64,000 bases of DNA from Tubiluchus corallicola (taxonomy: Eukaryota > Animalia > Priapulida). Location: NCBI GenBank assembly GCA_030141605.1, contig JAQGDQ010000005.1:124001-188000 (forward strand), read 5' to 3'. Made by a program: the position numbers and the translations under genes. Under the pieces are notes generated by a model. It did not search any database. It was not told the DNA's origin and worked only from the letters and a program-made list of their open reading frames with translations. Below, in pieces: positions 13,374 to 27,155 of the stretch. Within the stretch, counting starts at the first letter, position 1. The number at the start of each line of letters is the position of its first letter.

Positions 13374-14286
13374 AATTACACACACTCATATATATATATA
13401 TATGTATATGCGCGGCCTTTTCTTTTTTCATATATTATATTTTTGTCGTCGTTGAAACGATTTAATTTTTTTATCGTTATTATATGACATATCATGACAT
13501 CAACGGCCTATATTGTTGGTTATTTTTTTATAATGTGACAAACGATACAAGAACCGAATTTTAAACAATATAAAAACCGAATTATCACCCTGAGAAGGAT
13601 TGGATTAATCAGCTTTAGTAAAATGTGACAATATATTACCAGATCAACACTTTATAATTTGCTTTATAATATTAAAACCGCGTTTTAATAGTATCCATCC
13701 TACGTTGCATGATTAAATCCTTCAAGATCTAAGACGGTGAGTTTTGACTGCTTTCTGGGTTACCTTATGTCATGTATTTATTTTCCTAATTTTACTGCAA
13801 TCCTACCTAACCCAAATAATGGAGACTCTTATAGCCTAAACTTCTGCTAATAGCCCAGTATGTTTATATGTGGGATTAAAATAGGCCAACTCAGTGAACA
13901 AGTATGAAAACATGCGACTAAAAAAGTACAGCAATCTTGTACAGTTGCACTACCATCCATAAAGTTTGCATTTCTCTAGTATACAACATCATAGATTATC
14001 ATTCCACAAAATGGCCTGGTTACTCACATCGTTGTAGTTAATATCATCATCAATGTTGTCATCATCGCAGTCGTCATGATGATCATCATCATCATCACTA
14101 TCATTATTACCGTCATTATTATCACCATCATCGTCACCATTATTGTCCTTACGTCGTCGTCATTGTTACATTACTCTTAGGCTGAACGGTGACACAAACT
14201 GATCAAATAATTTTTACCAATTATTTGCCAATAGTCGCTAATTATTCCGACTGGTTATATACATTACTAAAGGAAATTTAGTAATA

Positions 14287-15235
14287 ATGGGAAAAGAATC
14301 TTGTGTAGAGTGCAAAAGGACGAAATCAACAAACGAGATAAGAGAAAGTGGACTTATGCTATGCGACGAGTGCTACGAAAAAACAGCTACTCTAGATTCT
14401 TCAACTCAGCCTGATGAACTAGTGTCAGAGGACGAAGATATGCAAGAGTCTGATGAAGACGACGTGCCGAGTCCAGACTCTACAGCGATGCTAGCGAAAT
14501 TAAACAGATCCATGAGTAGCATTTCAAAAGAAGTTTCAGCAATTCAGAGATTTCCATGCACAAGTTAATAGTCTCAAAATAGACTTACAGAAGAAGATCG
14601 AAGAGGAGGTTGCCCGGATACAGAATGACGTGTATGACGAAGCTGCACGACGACCTAAAAAGTTTAAAGGCCGAAAACGAGACGCTACGAAAAACTTGTA
14701 AAAGTTTGTAGAGGTTGCAGAAAATCATCAAAATTACTTGAACAACATGGATATTGCAAGAAGAGAAAGAAATGTAATTGTGACGGGCGTCCCTGAGGAA
14801 GAAACAGACGGTATGAGTGAAGACAGCGACAAATGGGAGCGTATAGTGTTGGTGTTACAAACTGAGGCTGCATCTGCTTCAGTTCAGACAATAGGAAAAC
14901 GTGCCGACAATTATGAAGGTCGCGGCAATACCTCGCAAACACCGAGGCCTATATTAATAAAGTTTAATAGCGACCGAGAAGCCAAATTAGTACTAACAAA
15001 TGGAAAGAAACTGAAGACCGCATCCGAAAATTGGCTACGAAAGGTGTACATTAGGGGTGATCTACCGCCTGGTGTTAAAAAAGCATATGCAGAGCTACGT
15101 GCTAGATTTAGAGAAGAAAAAGACAAGCCTGAAAACTTTGGTCACAATTTGAAAATAGATCTGCATGCCAAGACTATTAGCAGAGACGATGTAGTTTTAT
15201 ACAAAACCCAACAAGATTTAAAGCAACAGGGGTAA
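14287..15235 (+). pseudogene. LINE ORF1 (zinc finger, coiled coil, RRM-like domain), frameshifted
   Basis: Pieces 14287-14568 and 14738-15235 are in different frames; ORF1-type motifs as listed for the element. Confidence 0.8.
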
Positions 15236-15240
15236 CAACT

Positions 15241-17883
15241 ATAGGTAAAACATTTAAAATTTGTGTTTGGAATATAAATGCGGTGAAAAGTAAATGCAAT
15301 GACAGTAAAGTTTTAAAATTGTTAGTTCAATTTGATATTGTGTTTTTAACTGAATGCAAAACGGCTCTTAACTTTTGTGTTCCTGGTTTTGAAGTATTTA
15401 GAAGTCAATTTGCAAAGAGTGAGGGTCATAGGGGAGGTGTAGCAGTTCAAGTCAAACACAATTTGCGTGATGAGATAACTAGCATAATTTTGGGCGAAAG
15501 AGATTTGGTATGTTTAACTCTAGCCAGTGTACCAAATTTAGTGTTATGTGGCTGCTACATTCCACCTAGCTATTCCGCCTATTTTAACATTCAAAATTTT
15601 GCAAACCTACAGTTGCTCATTTTGGAAACCAGTGAAAGAGGTTAGGAGTTATTTAAGTCTCCTATATTCATGTTAGGAGACTTAAATAGCCGTGTCTCCG
15701 TCAGTGTGATAGGTTATAGTCAGTTGAAAATAATATCACGTATTCTGTAAACCCAGACGAAATACTTAACGCGCATGGTAGATAACTATCGTCATTGTGT
15801 CATTTGTGTGTTAGCAATAAGTTGCTGGGAGTTAACCATTTGAATGATCGTTCTTTTGATGAGGGCTTAACGTTTAGAATGACATTAGATGGGTCTCTCA
15901 GCTTGACCTCGCCGTTGTCTTGGCGGATTTTGTCAATAACATTAGTGAATTTTCTGTATTTAACGATAGTAATTGATACCCTTGTAATTGCGCATCTATT
16001 TCGCTGACTGTTACGCCAGATACATTACACATGGCTCTTCTACTTAGTAAAGTCTCGTTCATTAGGGGATTACTCCAATTTAGTAGGTTTTGCCAACGCG
16101 TCAATGGTTGTCATAACAATTAAAGCATGTGATATCGACTTACCCAAGAGCTTCTAAACTTAGACTGTAATTCTTTGTCGGTCAACTTCCTAAATATGAT
16201 TGAGCTAAGAAAGCATATGGAAAGCCTAACAGTAGGATTTTTCCAGCACGTAATAAATGGCATAATCTTTTAGAAGCCGGCAACGAAAAAGACATATGGA
16301 AGACTATCAATTTTAAAGGAGAAATTCATAATAGAGTAATGAACAAGAGGCCCACGGACGCGGAGTTTAAATTACACTTCGAACGGCTGCTTTAATTACT
16401 GTAATACTGTGGAAGATATAACAACTGAACTTAATGACCTTAACGTATATATACGTTTGCTTGATGACCTGTTTAGTGTCCATGAAGTCTTAGACGTAAT
16501 TTTCGATCAGAAGTCGAGAAAGAGTTCAGGGCCTGATGGTGTCCAAACGTCCTGGTTTAAATATATTAATGGTAACTGGTTGGGTGTGTTGACGTTAATT
16601 TTAAACACAGTGGTTTTGCAAGATCCTTTTCCTGCGCAATGGAGTTTAGCCAAACTTGTTGCATTGTTTACAAAAGGAAATCTTGTGTTATAACTGTGGA
16701 ATGAAACAAGGATCTCCTAGTTCTTGTCTGCTGTTTTGTTTGTACATTAATCCTCTAGTGCGTGCTCTGAAGAATTCAGGACCAAATGGTTGGCTAGGAA
16801 ACCTACATGGATTATTCTTTATAGACGATATAGCTGTTATGGCAACTTCTCGCCAACAATGTTTGGATAAATTGAGGTAGATTTTAGTACTGAATTCGGC
16901 ATGGATATAAACAAAACCAAGACTGAGTTTATGGTTGTTAACGGCAGTAATCATTGTCGAGAGCTGCTTGTTGTTGATAAATTAGCTGTAGAGCACACTT
17001 TCTATTATGTATATCTAGGTGCAGTAATTACTGCTGATGGAAAAGGAAGCACAATGGCTGCAAAGCACTTGGAGGTTAAAAAGCAGCATGTCCACAAATT
17101 TCATGCTTTTCTGTACAAAAACAATGACTTCCCCCCTTTTTGGATGAAAAAGAAGGTCCCGGGTAGTGCTTTATTGGCTGGCATCTTTTACAACGTTGAA
17201 ACCTGGAACTCCAATTTCAGGTATACTATAGCAGAGTCAACGTATCTAGAACTGTTAAAGTCTCTTTTACCAGTGAGAGCAAGCACGTGCAACGAACTAG
17301 TCCAAATAGAAAGTGGATATCCTTCATTTAAAGTGTGGCTAACAGCACACCAGATTAATATGTGGTCTAAACTGTCTTCTGAACCGGAGAAACACGAGCT
17401 TTTAATGACTGTATTGAATGTTAGCAGAGCTGTTAACGGGAAGTTATCGAAATTTTTGGATAAATTACGGAGCAACAAAGTTGTTTTTCTAGAAAGGAGC
17501 AAGCAAAATTTGATTACACCTATAGAAAGAAGTGATTCCACTAAGCGCATGACGTATAGATAGCTAAACCCAGAATTAAAGACTCCTACAATTCCTTACG
17601 AAACTCTTGAACGGCATCGTATTGGTTTTACAAGGCTTCGTCTGCAGTCACATAGCCTTCGAATAGAAACTGGACGGTGAAGACGAGAACCTAAAGAGCA
17701 CAGATTGTGTGACTGTGGTGCAATACAAACAGAAATCCAGATTATTAGTGAATGACCACTATAACAGAACAAGGTAGGAATAATTATCGTAACACAAACT
17801 TCTCAGACTGTGCAGAATTCTTTGAAAATGAGCTAGCTTGTGTCATTTGTTATGAACTATTACGCAAAGTAGAAAGTGATTAA
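15241..17883 (+). pseudogene. LINE ORF2 (APE endonuclease + reverse transcriptase), fragmented, with a deletion in the RT
   Basis: Motif series spread over several frames. The sequence jumps from LFTKGN (about 16680) straight to GMKQG (about 16698), so the NYRPI/QxGF/first-Asp RT segments are missing. Confidence 0.88.
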
Positions 17884-19767
17884 CTTCGTCTCACTTTTTT
17901 GCCTGACACGTTTTTGTTTTTGGATCTATGTGGCTGTACCCGCAAACAATATAATTTTGGACTGAAATTTGTTATCTTGCTGGTTGTTACCCCGCTAATG
18001 TATTGTATATTTGAGAAAATTTTGGTCAATAAACCTACTACTACTTCTAATACTAATGTTATCATCGTCGTTATAATTGTCAGCATTACTGTCATCACCT
18101 CCGTCATTGTCGTCGTCGTCGTTTTCATCATTGCCGTCATCGGCAAGTGGGACTTGAAATTCAATGGACATCAATTTTATGCCATTAAAAAATTGAGAAT
18201 TTCATGTGATTTGTCTCATTTATTTTCGTAATAGATGCTTGGATACGAATCTAATATCATTAAACCGGATATATTGTAGCCTATAAAATTTATAAACATA
18301 TCAAACGTATCGTTAAACCCGCAACTAATAATTGTGTATTCGTGTGCTGAGGCTTAGGTAGGCTTGTTCAAATTGCTGTGAAGAACTGATCTCTAGCTTT
18401 AGCACAAATATAATTTTTCTGCATTTTGTTTCAGGTTTGTGATAGGGTTAGTTGTAAACAAAACCAGCTTGCATTAATGATTTACTACATCATCGTTAAC
18501 TGCTTATATTATTGTAGGCGACGTTAACCTGTTTTTTGTTTTTTAATCGCGAATGCTTCTTTCTGTCGCGAAGACTCTTCAAGACAGTCTTTCTCAATCT
18601 TGTTTATTATTAAAAAAATTACCTCAAGTGCAATTGGTTTGATTGTGGGAGCCTGACCTATGCACTTAACATACCATAGGGTACGCTATTTCGCGATGAT
18701 TTGACTGACGTTTGTTTCCAATGTTATAAAGGCGCGTTTTTATTTTTTAGTTATACTTGCACGTGACGTCTGGGAACCATAAATTGTAGTGGCTCTTGCA
18801 AAAGCTTGAAGTAAAGCATAGCTTGAGTTTAGCAAATAATAGGGAACGATAGTGCCTTCTGGGTAGTAAAAGCTAGTATAAGATAAATTTAAAGCGCTTA
18901 GTATTATGATTCCAAAGTGTTGGTTTAATTCGCTGATGCAGTGACATTAGGTAACTTTGACTAGAATTATGTCTTTGCTACAGAAAAACCATGATGAGGG
19001 ATTTATCGTATCAGTTTCTTGCAATAAAGTCAAATAACTCTAGCCTAAGAAAATACAATCTTGTGAAATTATGCCTGAAACAGTTTTTCAAACAAAACCT
19101 ATTATGCGGAATAATACTGAATGCGTTTCTCGCTTCGCCGAGATAAACGCCGAAATTTCAGTGTAGCGAAAATATTGCAGTTCGGAATAGGAGCTCATTT
19201 TTCAATCATAAATGTGTATTCAAGTATTATTGTGGAGACGTACAGACTTGCATGATGGAAACCCATAATAAATCCTTCTTATGAAAAGCTTACTGTCAAC
19301 AAAGTCTTCTAATAATGTTGCATTAATGTTACAACATTGCATAGTGCGAACTCACTTCTAATTTATTTTTACTGCAAGTTTTAATTTACGGGTAATTACC
19401 TCAAGAGAACGCTATAAGAACAACTTGTTATTAATTCCTGTGTGAATATTTTTCCGCGAAAATCATTTTTAATTACAAAGCTTAATAGCGACGTATATTG
19501 GAAGTCGCTAGGCTTCTTTGATTTATCAAAAGAATTTACATGGGTTTCGACTGGGCTCATGTAACAGTGAATGCTACTTACGTATCTATACACAGGTCAA
19601 CAACGTTTGACAAGCTAGTACTTCAGTTCATTTAACTTTGTTAATCTTCTTTTTATTTAAAATGAATAGTCGTTTATCACTGTTAATATATTTATCTTAA
19701 CGTTTTCTCGGGTTCTAGTTTATTAACTCTGTATGATACAAACAAATAATAATATAATTCAATCCTG

Positions 19768-19990
19768 GGGCCCGATTTATCATTGCGCTCCTGAGAATAT
19801 TCGTAAAAAGCATGATTGAACGGTCATACGCAAAAGCTTACGAAGCTATTTATCATTCTAATGAAACTTTTACGAACGATTTTTTACAAAAGTTCGTAAG
19901 TAAAGATTCTTGAGTAAATCGAACTTGACGCTGCGATCCAGTGTGATCTTACGAAAGAAGTGTTCGTAAGATCGTAGATAAATCGGGCTC
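19768..19990. mobile_element. MITE, Harbinger-like
   Basis: Terminal inverted repeats GGGCCCGATTTATC ... GATAAATCGGGCTC; internal repeated TTACGAA/TTCGTAA motifs in both orientations. Target duplication (CTG-like) is imperfect. Confidence 0.7.
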
Positions 19991-21489
19991 TGAAGTTGGT
20001 CCGTCCATTTCTGCGAAACTTACAAACACATTCCACAAAAAACGACATGACGATTACGCGAGAATAATCGGTTAACTCGGTGTTTAGCGCATTATCAAGC
20101 GATCAAAAATGATCAAATGATCCCTTGATCAAAAATTCGTAGATGCAATAATGCGCGACAATCTTTCACTTGATGTTTAGATGGCGGTACAAAACTTGCC
20201 TTGAATTCAGTCATTTCTTTTTCTGATAAGAAAGTATGGTTAGAAAAATAAGTTTTGTTAGAAAATTGACATTATGGGCAAGTCCAAACTGCTGTATTTA
20301 TTATCAAAGATTAACGTACAGCAACTAAGAAGTTTTTGTAAGCTGTTTTATGTTTGTACTAGTGCTGTAAGATTCATTCCTGCAATAGTTCCTGTAGGCT
20401 TAAATTATAGTAACATTGTGGTGAATGTGCATAAGTAGAGTAGAAGCCATTTACATTCATTTACCGCTTTTCTCAGTCGATCTAAGATTTAATTAATGCC
20501 GCTTACGATCTCACTTGATAATAAATGAATGTTTATAGTTCTTTTATACAGATTATTTTTACTGAGATGATTTTCTTGTTCTCTTGATGCAGATTTTATG
20601 ACTGATTAATTTTTGCGGATCCATAAATGTGCTGTACATTGGGAAAGGTTTGTAAGAGTATAAAAGATCTCAATAAGATTTCGTGTATTTCACCTTGTTG
20701 TACAATTTTTTAATTCTAATGTTTATGAATGCGCTACTTACTTATCGTACGATTTATCGCCACATTATCAAATATACTCATTTTTGCTCGCTGTGTTACT
20801 GTTATCTATAAACGAGTTTATATTGATTGTACTTAATTAATTAAATGTTATTAAATGTAATTGTTTTGAAATACTTTTTGTGCTACGGATTTGTTTTGAT
20901 GCGAGGCTTCTGTAATGCGTGTGGTTGAGATCATGTCAAAAATCTGCTTTTGTTCACTATTACCCGATGTATTAGTACGCAAACATACGTTTAAAAATAT
21001 AAACCATTTACTGAAGCAAGATCATTCAGACGTAATGGCTGGTCTTTTGATTTTACCTTATTCGCGCAAATTTAACCATTACTATGGGCCTTCCTTCGAG
21101 AGATGGAAAATTTCCCCAAGCCTGTTTTTTCCATCAATTATTTCTGAACGTGTGTATAGAAACTGCGCTTCTCCTCTGATTACATCGTCTCAATGATTGA
21201 TCTAGATAAATATTTAAGATGAGAGCGGAAAGATATACATGAATCACCTTTTAAGCACGATCAATAAATTCGAAGGTTTCCCTATAGGAATTCAGCTGTT
21301 AAGCACATTCAACAAAGTAAGTTTACTAATCATTTAAGATACTAATCATTAAAGATAATCCGAACTTTTACAGATGTTTGACGTCTGCAGAAAATTAATA
21401 AGAAACGTAAAGGGTATAATCAACAGTAGCAAATATTAGGAAGCGAAATTTAATAGTATCAGAAAAATGTTATATTTATGCATTATACA

Positions 21490-21732
21490 TACACCCGCAC
21501 CCCCCCCCCCCCCACACACACACACACACACAGAGAGAGAAAGAAAGAGAACGGATAGAGAAAAGAATAGAAGAAAAACCAAAAGAACAAAATAAAAACA
21601 TTAAGAATGTAAGGAAAGAAAGAAAAGAAATGGGATAAATGAACAATAAATAAAACAGGAAAGAGAGAGCGACGAGAGAGAATGAAAGAAGGAAGGACAG
21701 AAGAAAGAAAAAATAAAAGGCAAAAAGAAAGC
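21490..21732. repeat. Compound poly-C/(CA)n/(GA)n and purine-rich low-complexity tract
   Basis: Direct reading. Confidence 0.85.
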
Positions 21733-22650
21733 AATTAAGTTCGATTCCTTTTACAAACAATTTTAATTTACTGTAATGCATTTTTACATTTTCACGGTCA
21801 TCTACAATATTCGAAATTATAAGACAGTTCTTCCATTGATAAACAGTTATTTATGCAGATTATAGAACATACTTGTATTTCTGAAGCTTGCTCAACTGTG
21901 CAGTTTTTGTAACAGAACCACCGAGTAATAATATTTTATAATCTATATATACGATCAAAGATTACTATATACATGTTAATAACCGCTATCATTTCACTCG
22001 AACATAACATATTGCATATAAAACTTTTTTTAAAGTACTGGTATTTTAAATGTCAACTGAAAGTCACCTTGCATTAGATGCCAGAAAGGTTGCGCAAATG
22101 TTAATGGTTCAACTTTTCAATGTGTGGAAAGCAATTAGAAACACATAACTACTTGGTTAGTTTAATGGTTACTTCTTGTCAAATGTAAAATAATGGTGTG
22201 ACTCGTGAGAACATAGCAATTTTTTATGTCAGCAGTATTGTTACAGAAACTCATTCTCATAAGACCGTACAGTTATTATTAAGCTGTACGTATGTGTGAT
22301 AAGAAGTACAAATGTAAAATCAAGAATCAAGTCTGCACGTTATAACATTAACGATTTGGTGTTACGTTGTGGCACGAAAATTTCATTTTAAGTACGTAGT
22401 TCATACATTTACAAAATGCAATAGTACTTAATGCTACTGAGTGGCATTGCCTCATCGCTACAATCTGATTGATTTCACAGCTGTCAAACTGATCAAATTC
22501 AAATTCAGTAACTGATATGCAGACAAACACTTAATGAATGAACGGTAAAAATTATAATACCGCTTCAGGTTTCCAGGTCGTCTGCTTCTCTCTTCCCCAG
22601 GAGAATTGTTTTTAGCGAAACTTTTCAGCTATATCAGTGGACTGTAAATG

Positions 22651-23407
<757 letters not shown>

Positions 23408-23440
23408 TATTAATATTAATATAATAATAATAATAATATT

Positions 23441-24629
23441 AACTATATTCTAAAAATTTATGTTAAAATATAAAAAGAAAGAAATATAAAAATGAGCATT
23501 TTGAAGTAATTTCATTGCTTAAACATTAATTGTTTGTAAGTGGATAGACAGACATTATGCAACATTCAGGGGTGTGCAAATTATCTGACTAGCCGGGCCA
23601 CATTAAACTTTCCCGCAATTCCTGCGGGCCACAGGCAGTTTGATCAAGGAGCCAAGTACAGAAAGGCCTAATAACAATTTTTTTGCATCCGACCTGCGTA
23701 CATCATTACTACTACTACGAAACTATTTTAGAAGTTATTAAAATTTATATTACAAACCATATATTTCTACTTTCAGGACAGATAGTGGTAATTTCATTGA
23801 TACAGTCTGAGTAGTACAGTGACATTAAGCTACAACCGTCTTGTAAGGATTAATGGCATCCGATCTAGTAGAAAAAACTAACCGCACTATCTTTGGGATC
23901 GTGGCACGGACTTCAACTGGATATACTCAATTAATCGCCTAGGCCGCACTTTCATTAGATTGATAAATCTCTTCGCGAGCCGCATAAATTCTCTATGAGG
24001 GCCGCAATTTGCACACCCCTGATATAACTGCATTTTAAGTATAATTGTAACTGAAACATGCACACGTAAACATAACTGAAACATACAGAATTTGGTTGCT
24101 TTGTCAGCATCAACTCTCTCCTGTAATGGTAAAACTCCCAAACTAAGGATGGATTACTTCTGAATGCAGTCGGAGATGCCAGCTCCTAAAATGAGGAATC
24201 AGAATAATTACAGCACAAATAAGACCTATTGCTACTATAGCTAAATGTATCTAGCACAAATGCAGATAATGAGGACTGATGTTGACGACAAAAGTATTCA
24301 GATATCAAAAAATAATAGCAACTGACAACTGCTCAGTTGGTGGTTGTTAATTTCCAGGAAAGCCTCACTTATTAAGAACTAACGTTATTACACAAATATG
24401 TTGTCAATTGTTGACATGTAGAAGTGGCCTGCATGACATATGCAATTTTAAGCATAGCGTGCAATTCATGTCTTCTATAAGGTCCACAAAATTGACAAAG
24501 ATGCCTTCTGAGTGGTCTATCCCAGTTTTCGACTTAAGCATGGTTTCGTCACTGTGAGTGTTGGTTTAATTTTTACAATACTTAAATCAAATACAATTAA
24601 AAGTTACCGTTGCCTGCCACTGTCTCCAA

Positions 24630-24630
<1 letters not shown>
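23441..24630 (-). pseudogene. Duplicated SIRT5 fragment (last 23 nt of exon 1, intron 1, intact exon 2 at 24087-24185, most of intron 2)
   Basis: Near-identical to 31871-33065 in the same orientation; one 5-bp deletion and a handful of substitutions seen. Confidence 0.95.
23567..24021. mobile_element. hAT-type MITE, copy carried inside the duplicated SIRT5 fragment
   Basis: TIRs CAGGGGTGTGCAAATT/AATTTGCACACCCCTG; left target duplication partly deleted. Confidence 0.85.
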
Positions 24631-25401
<771 letters not shown>

Positions 25402-26994
25402 AGAAACGTATTTGGAGGGGGAAGATAAAGGTGCACAATGATACAAAAATTAATAAAATTTTAGAAATAAATTGAAAAACCAAATGTCAAAAAATGTAGA
25501 TTATTTGTAAACCACAATTAAACTTCAATGGACATAGAATATTCGGGAAACATTGTAGAACTGGGAAGTATTCTGTCAAAATGAAGAAAGACAGATTTGC
25601 TCAATGAGGCGCAAGGAAAAATTGACAGTGACGGAGACTACTTTACTGAAATCCATGAAATTTGAAACAGAATATAAGACATAAGTAGCAGAGTGGAAAA
25701 TCTGCAACCTACCTATGTATATTGCCACTTGAGTTTTTAAAATCAAATACGAGTAAAATACTAAAAACACAATAAAATATGAAAAAGCCTCCCCCTAAAC
25801 AAACAAACACATAAACATATTTTTAATAACATGTCAGAAGTTATCTATTTCTTTATTGACGCTAAATACAAATTTATGTTTACAGTTATACAGCTAAAAT
25901 ATTCCTGATATGTTAATAAAAATGATATAAAGAGCATATGGTTGGTCACACTAATAATTTTCAAAGCCGCTCCTAACAGCTGCTTTTATAAAAACTCATT
26001 CTAAACTGGTATAAAATCCAAAATCATGAATCAAAGAATCATGATAATATTATAAGTAACAATAATTAAAATAAAGAATATAATAACGCAACTAATAATA
26101 AGCTAATTATTTGCTTGTTTATTACAAAATGTATCTGGTTAGGAGTTTGGTTTAATTTAACAAAAGAAACCTTGGGCAACTTGAACAAAATAGTACAAGA
26201 TAAGTGCTTTACTTCTGTAGCTAGTCCGAAATAGTCAACAAATATCCAGTATCATGTTATAGTTTGACACATAAAAAATGATTAACCGAAGCTTAAATAT
26301 GACAAACTGTGCAAAAAGCGCAGTATTTTCTCTGCCACTAATCTTCATATATGCGGTTCCAGATCCTTTTGTTGTGCTTCTCTAATCGATTCATTCGCTA
26401 GACTGAAGTTTGGATTACTTTCAATTAAGTGCATCATTTAATATATTCCCGTCAGTTTATCGAATCATTATTAATTTATCAAAACAACCAACAGATGCAT
26501 TTATCTGGTAACATATTATATTAATAAACCCCCAAAGACGTTGATACTGAACGAGTAGATGCAAAATGTTGGGTATAACAAAGTACAGAGCAGAAACTGG
26601 ACTTTTCACTTCCTTAAAAATAGTTTTAATTTAACTAAAAGCACAATTCGGTAAACGTTGCACACATGTTTTGTGTTGTTTCATTAATAAATGTTACAGA
26701 AGAATCCAGAAAAGCCAATTAACAGAAAATAAGATTCAGCTATAAGGCTAATTTTCTGTTTTTCATAAATAAGATTAGCCAAACATCAAAAGCCTTTCAA
26801 GTGCTAGAAGTCTCAATCAACAAAACTTATGACTTTCTGCAAAAATTTCCGAACCAGCTAGCTGAGGTCAATACATTTCTTAGATTCACTAACTAGATTA
26901 TGAACTAGAAAAAGTAATTATAATTTGTTGTTAAAAATGCAAAGTTTCCGTGATGACACAAACTTACAATATTAAATTAGAATCATTTCCAATA

Positions 26995-27155
26995 TAGAGG
27001 TAATGCACACATGCACTTCGCGTGAATGACTCGCAGGTCCCTGGTTCAATACTCACTGTGGGAGGTAATATTTATCATGCTTGATGAGCCTGGTTGTTTA
27101 CCTCATAGAGGCAGTATATATATATTCGAACATGCTTGAGGCACATCTGCCGGTT
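26995..27155 (+). mobile_element. Possible tRNA-derived SINE remnant
   Basis: B-box-like GGTTCAATAC in the context gcaggtccctggttcaatactc; no clear A box or target duplication. Confidence 0.25.

Larger units (their letters stand above)
14169..18056 (+). mobile_element. Decayed, internally deleted non-LTR retrotransposon (LINE; probably CR1/L2 group) with both ends present
   Basis: ORF1 has CxxC...CxxC, a coiled coil and RRERNVIVTGVPE/PRPILIKF/VYIRGDL. ORF2 has APE motifs (CVWNI, DIVFLTE, GGVAV, YIPP, GDLNSR), RT motifs (KSSGPDG, GMKQG, FIDD, INKTKT, YVYLG) and C-terminal RLQSHSLRIETGR...CDC. AATAAA at 18028 is followed by a (CTA)n tail; possible TGTTA target duplication. Many stops and frameshifts. 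Confidence 0.92.

Noticed and set aside
23887-24141. 84-aa ORF present twice (also 32322-32576)
   Set aside because: Off-frame reading of SIRT5 exon 2 running into intron and MITE sequence, repeated by the duplication.
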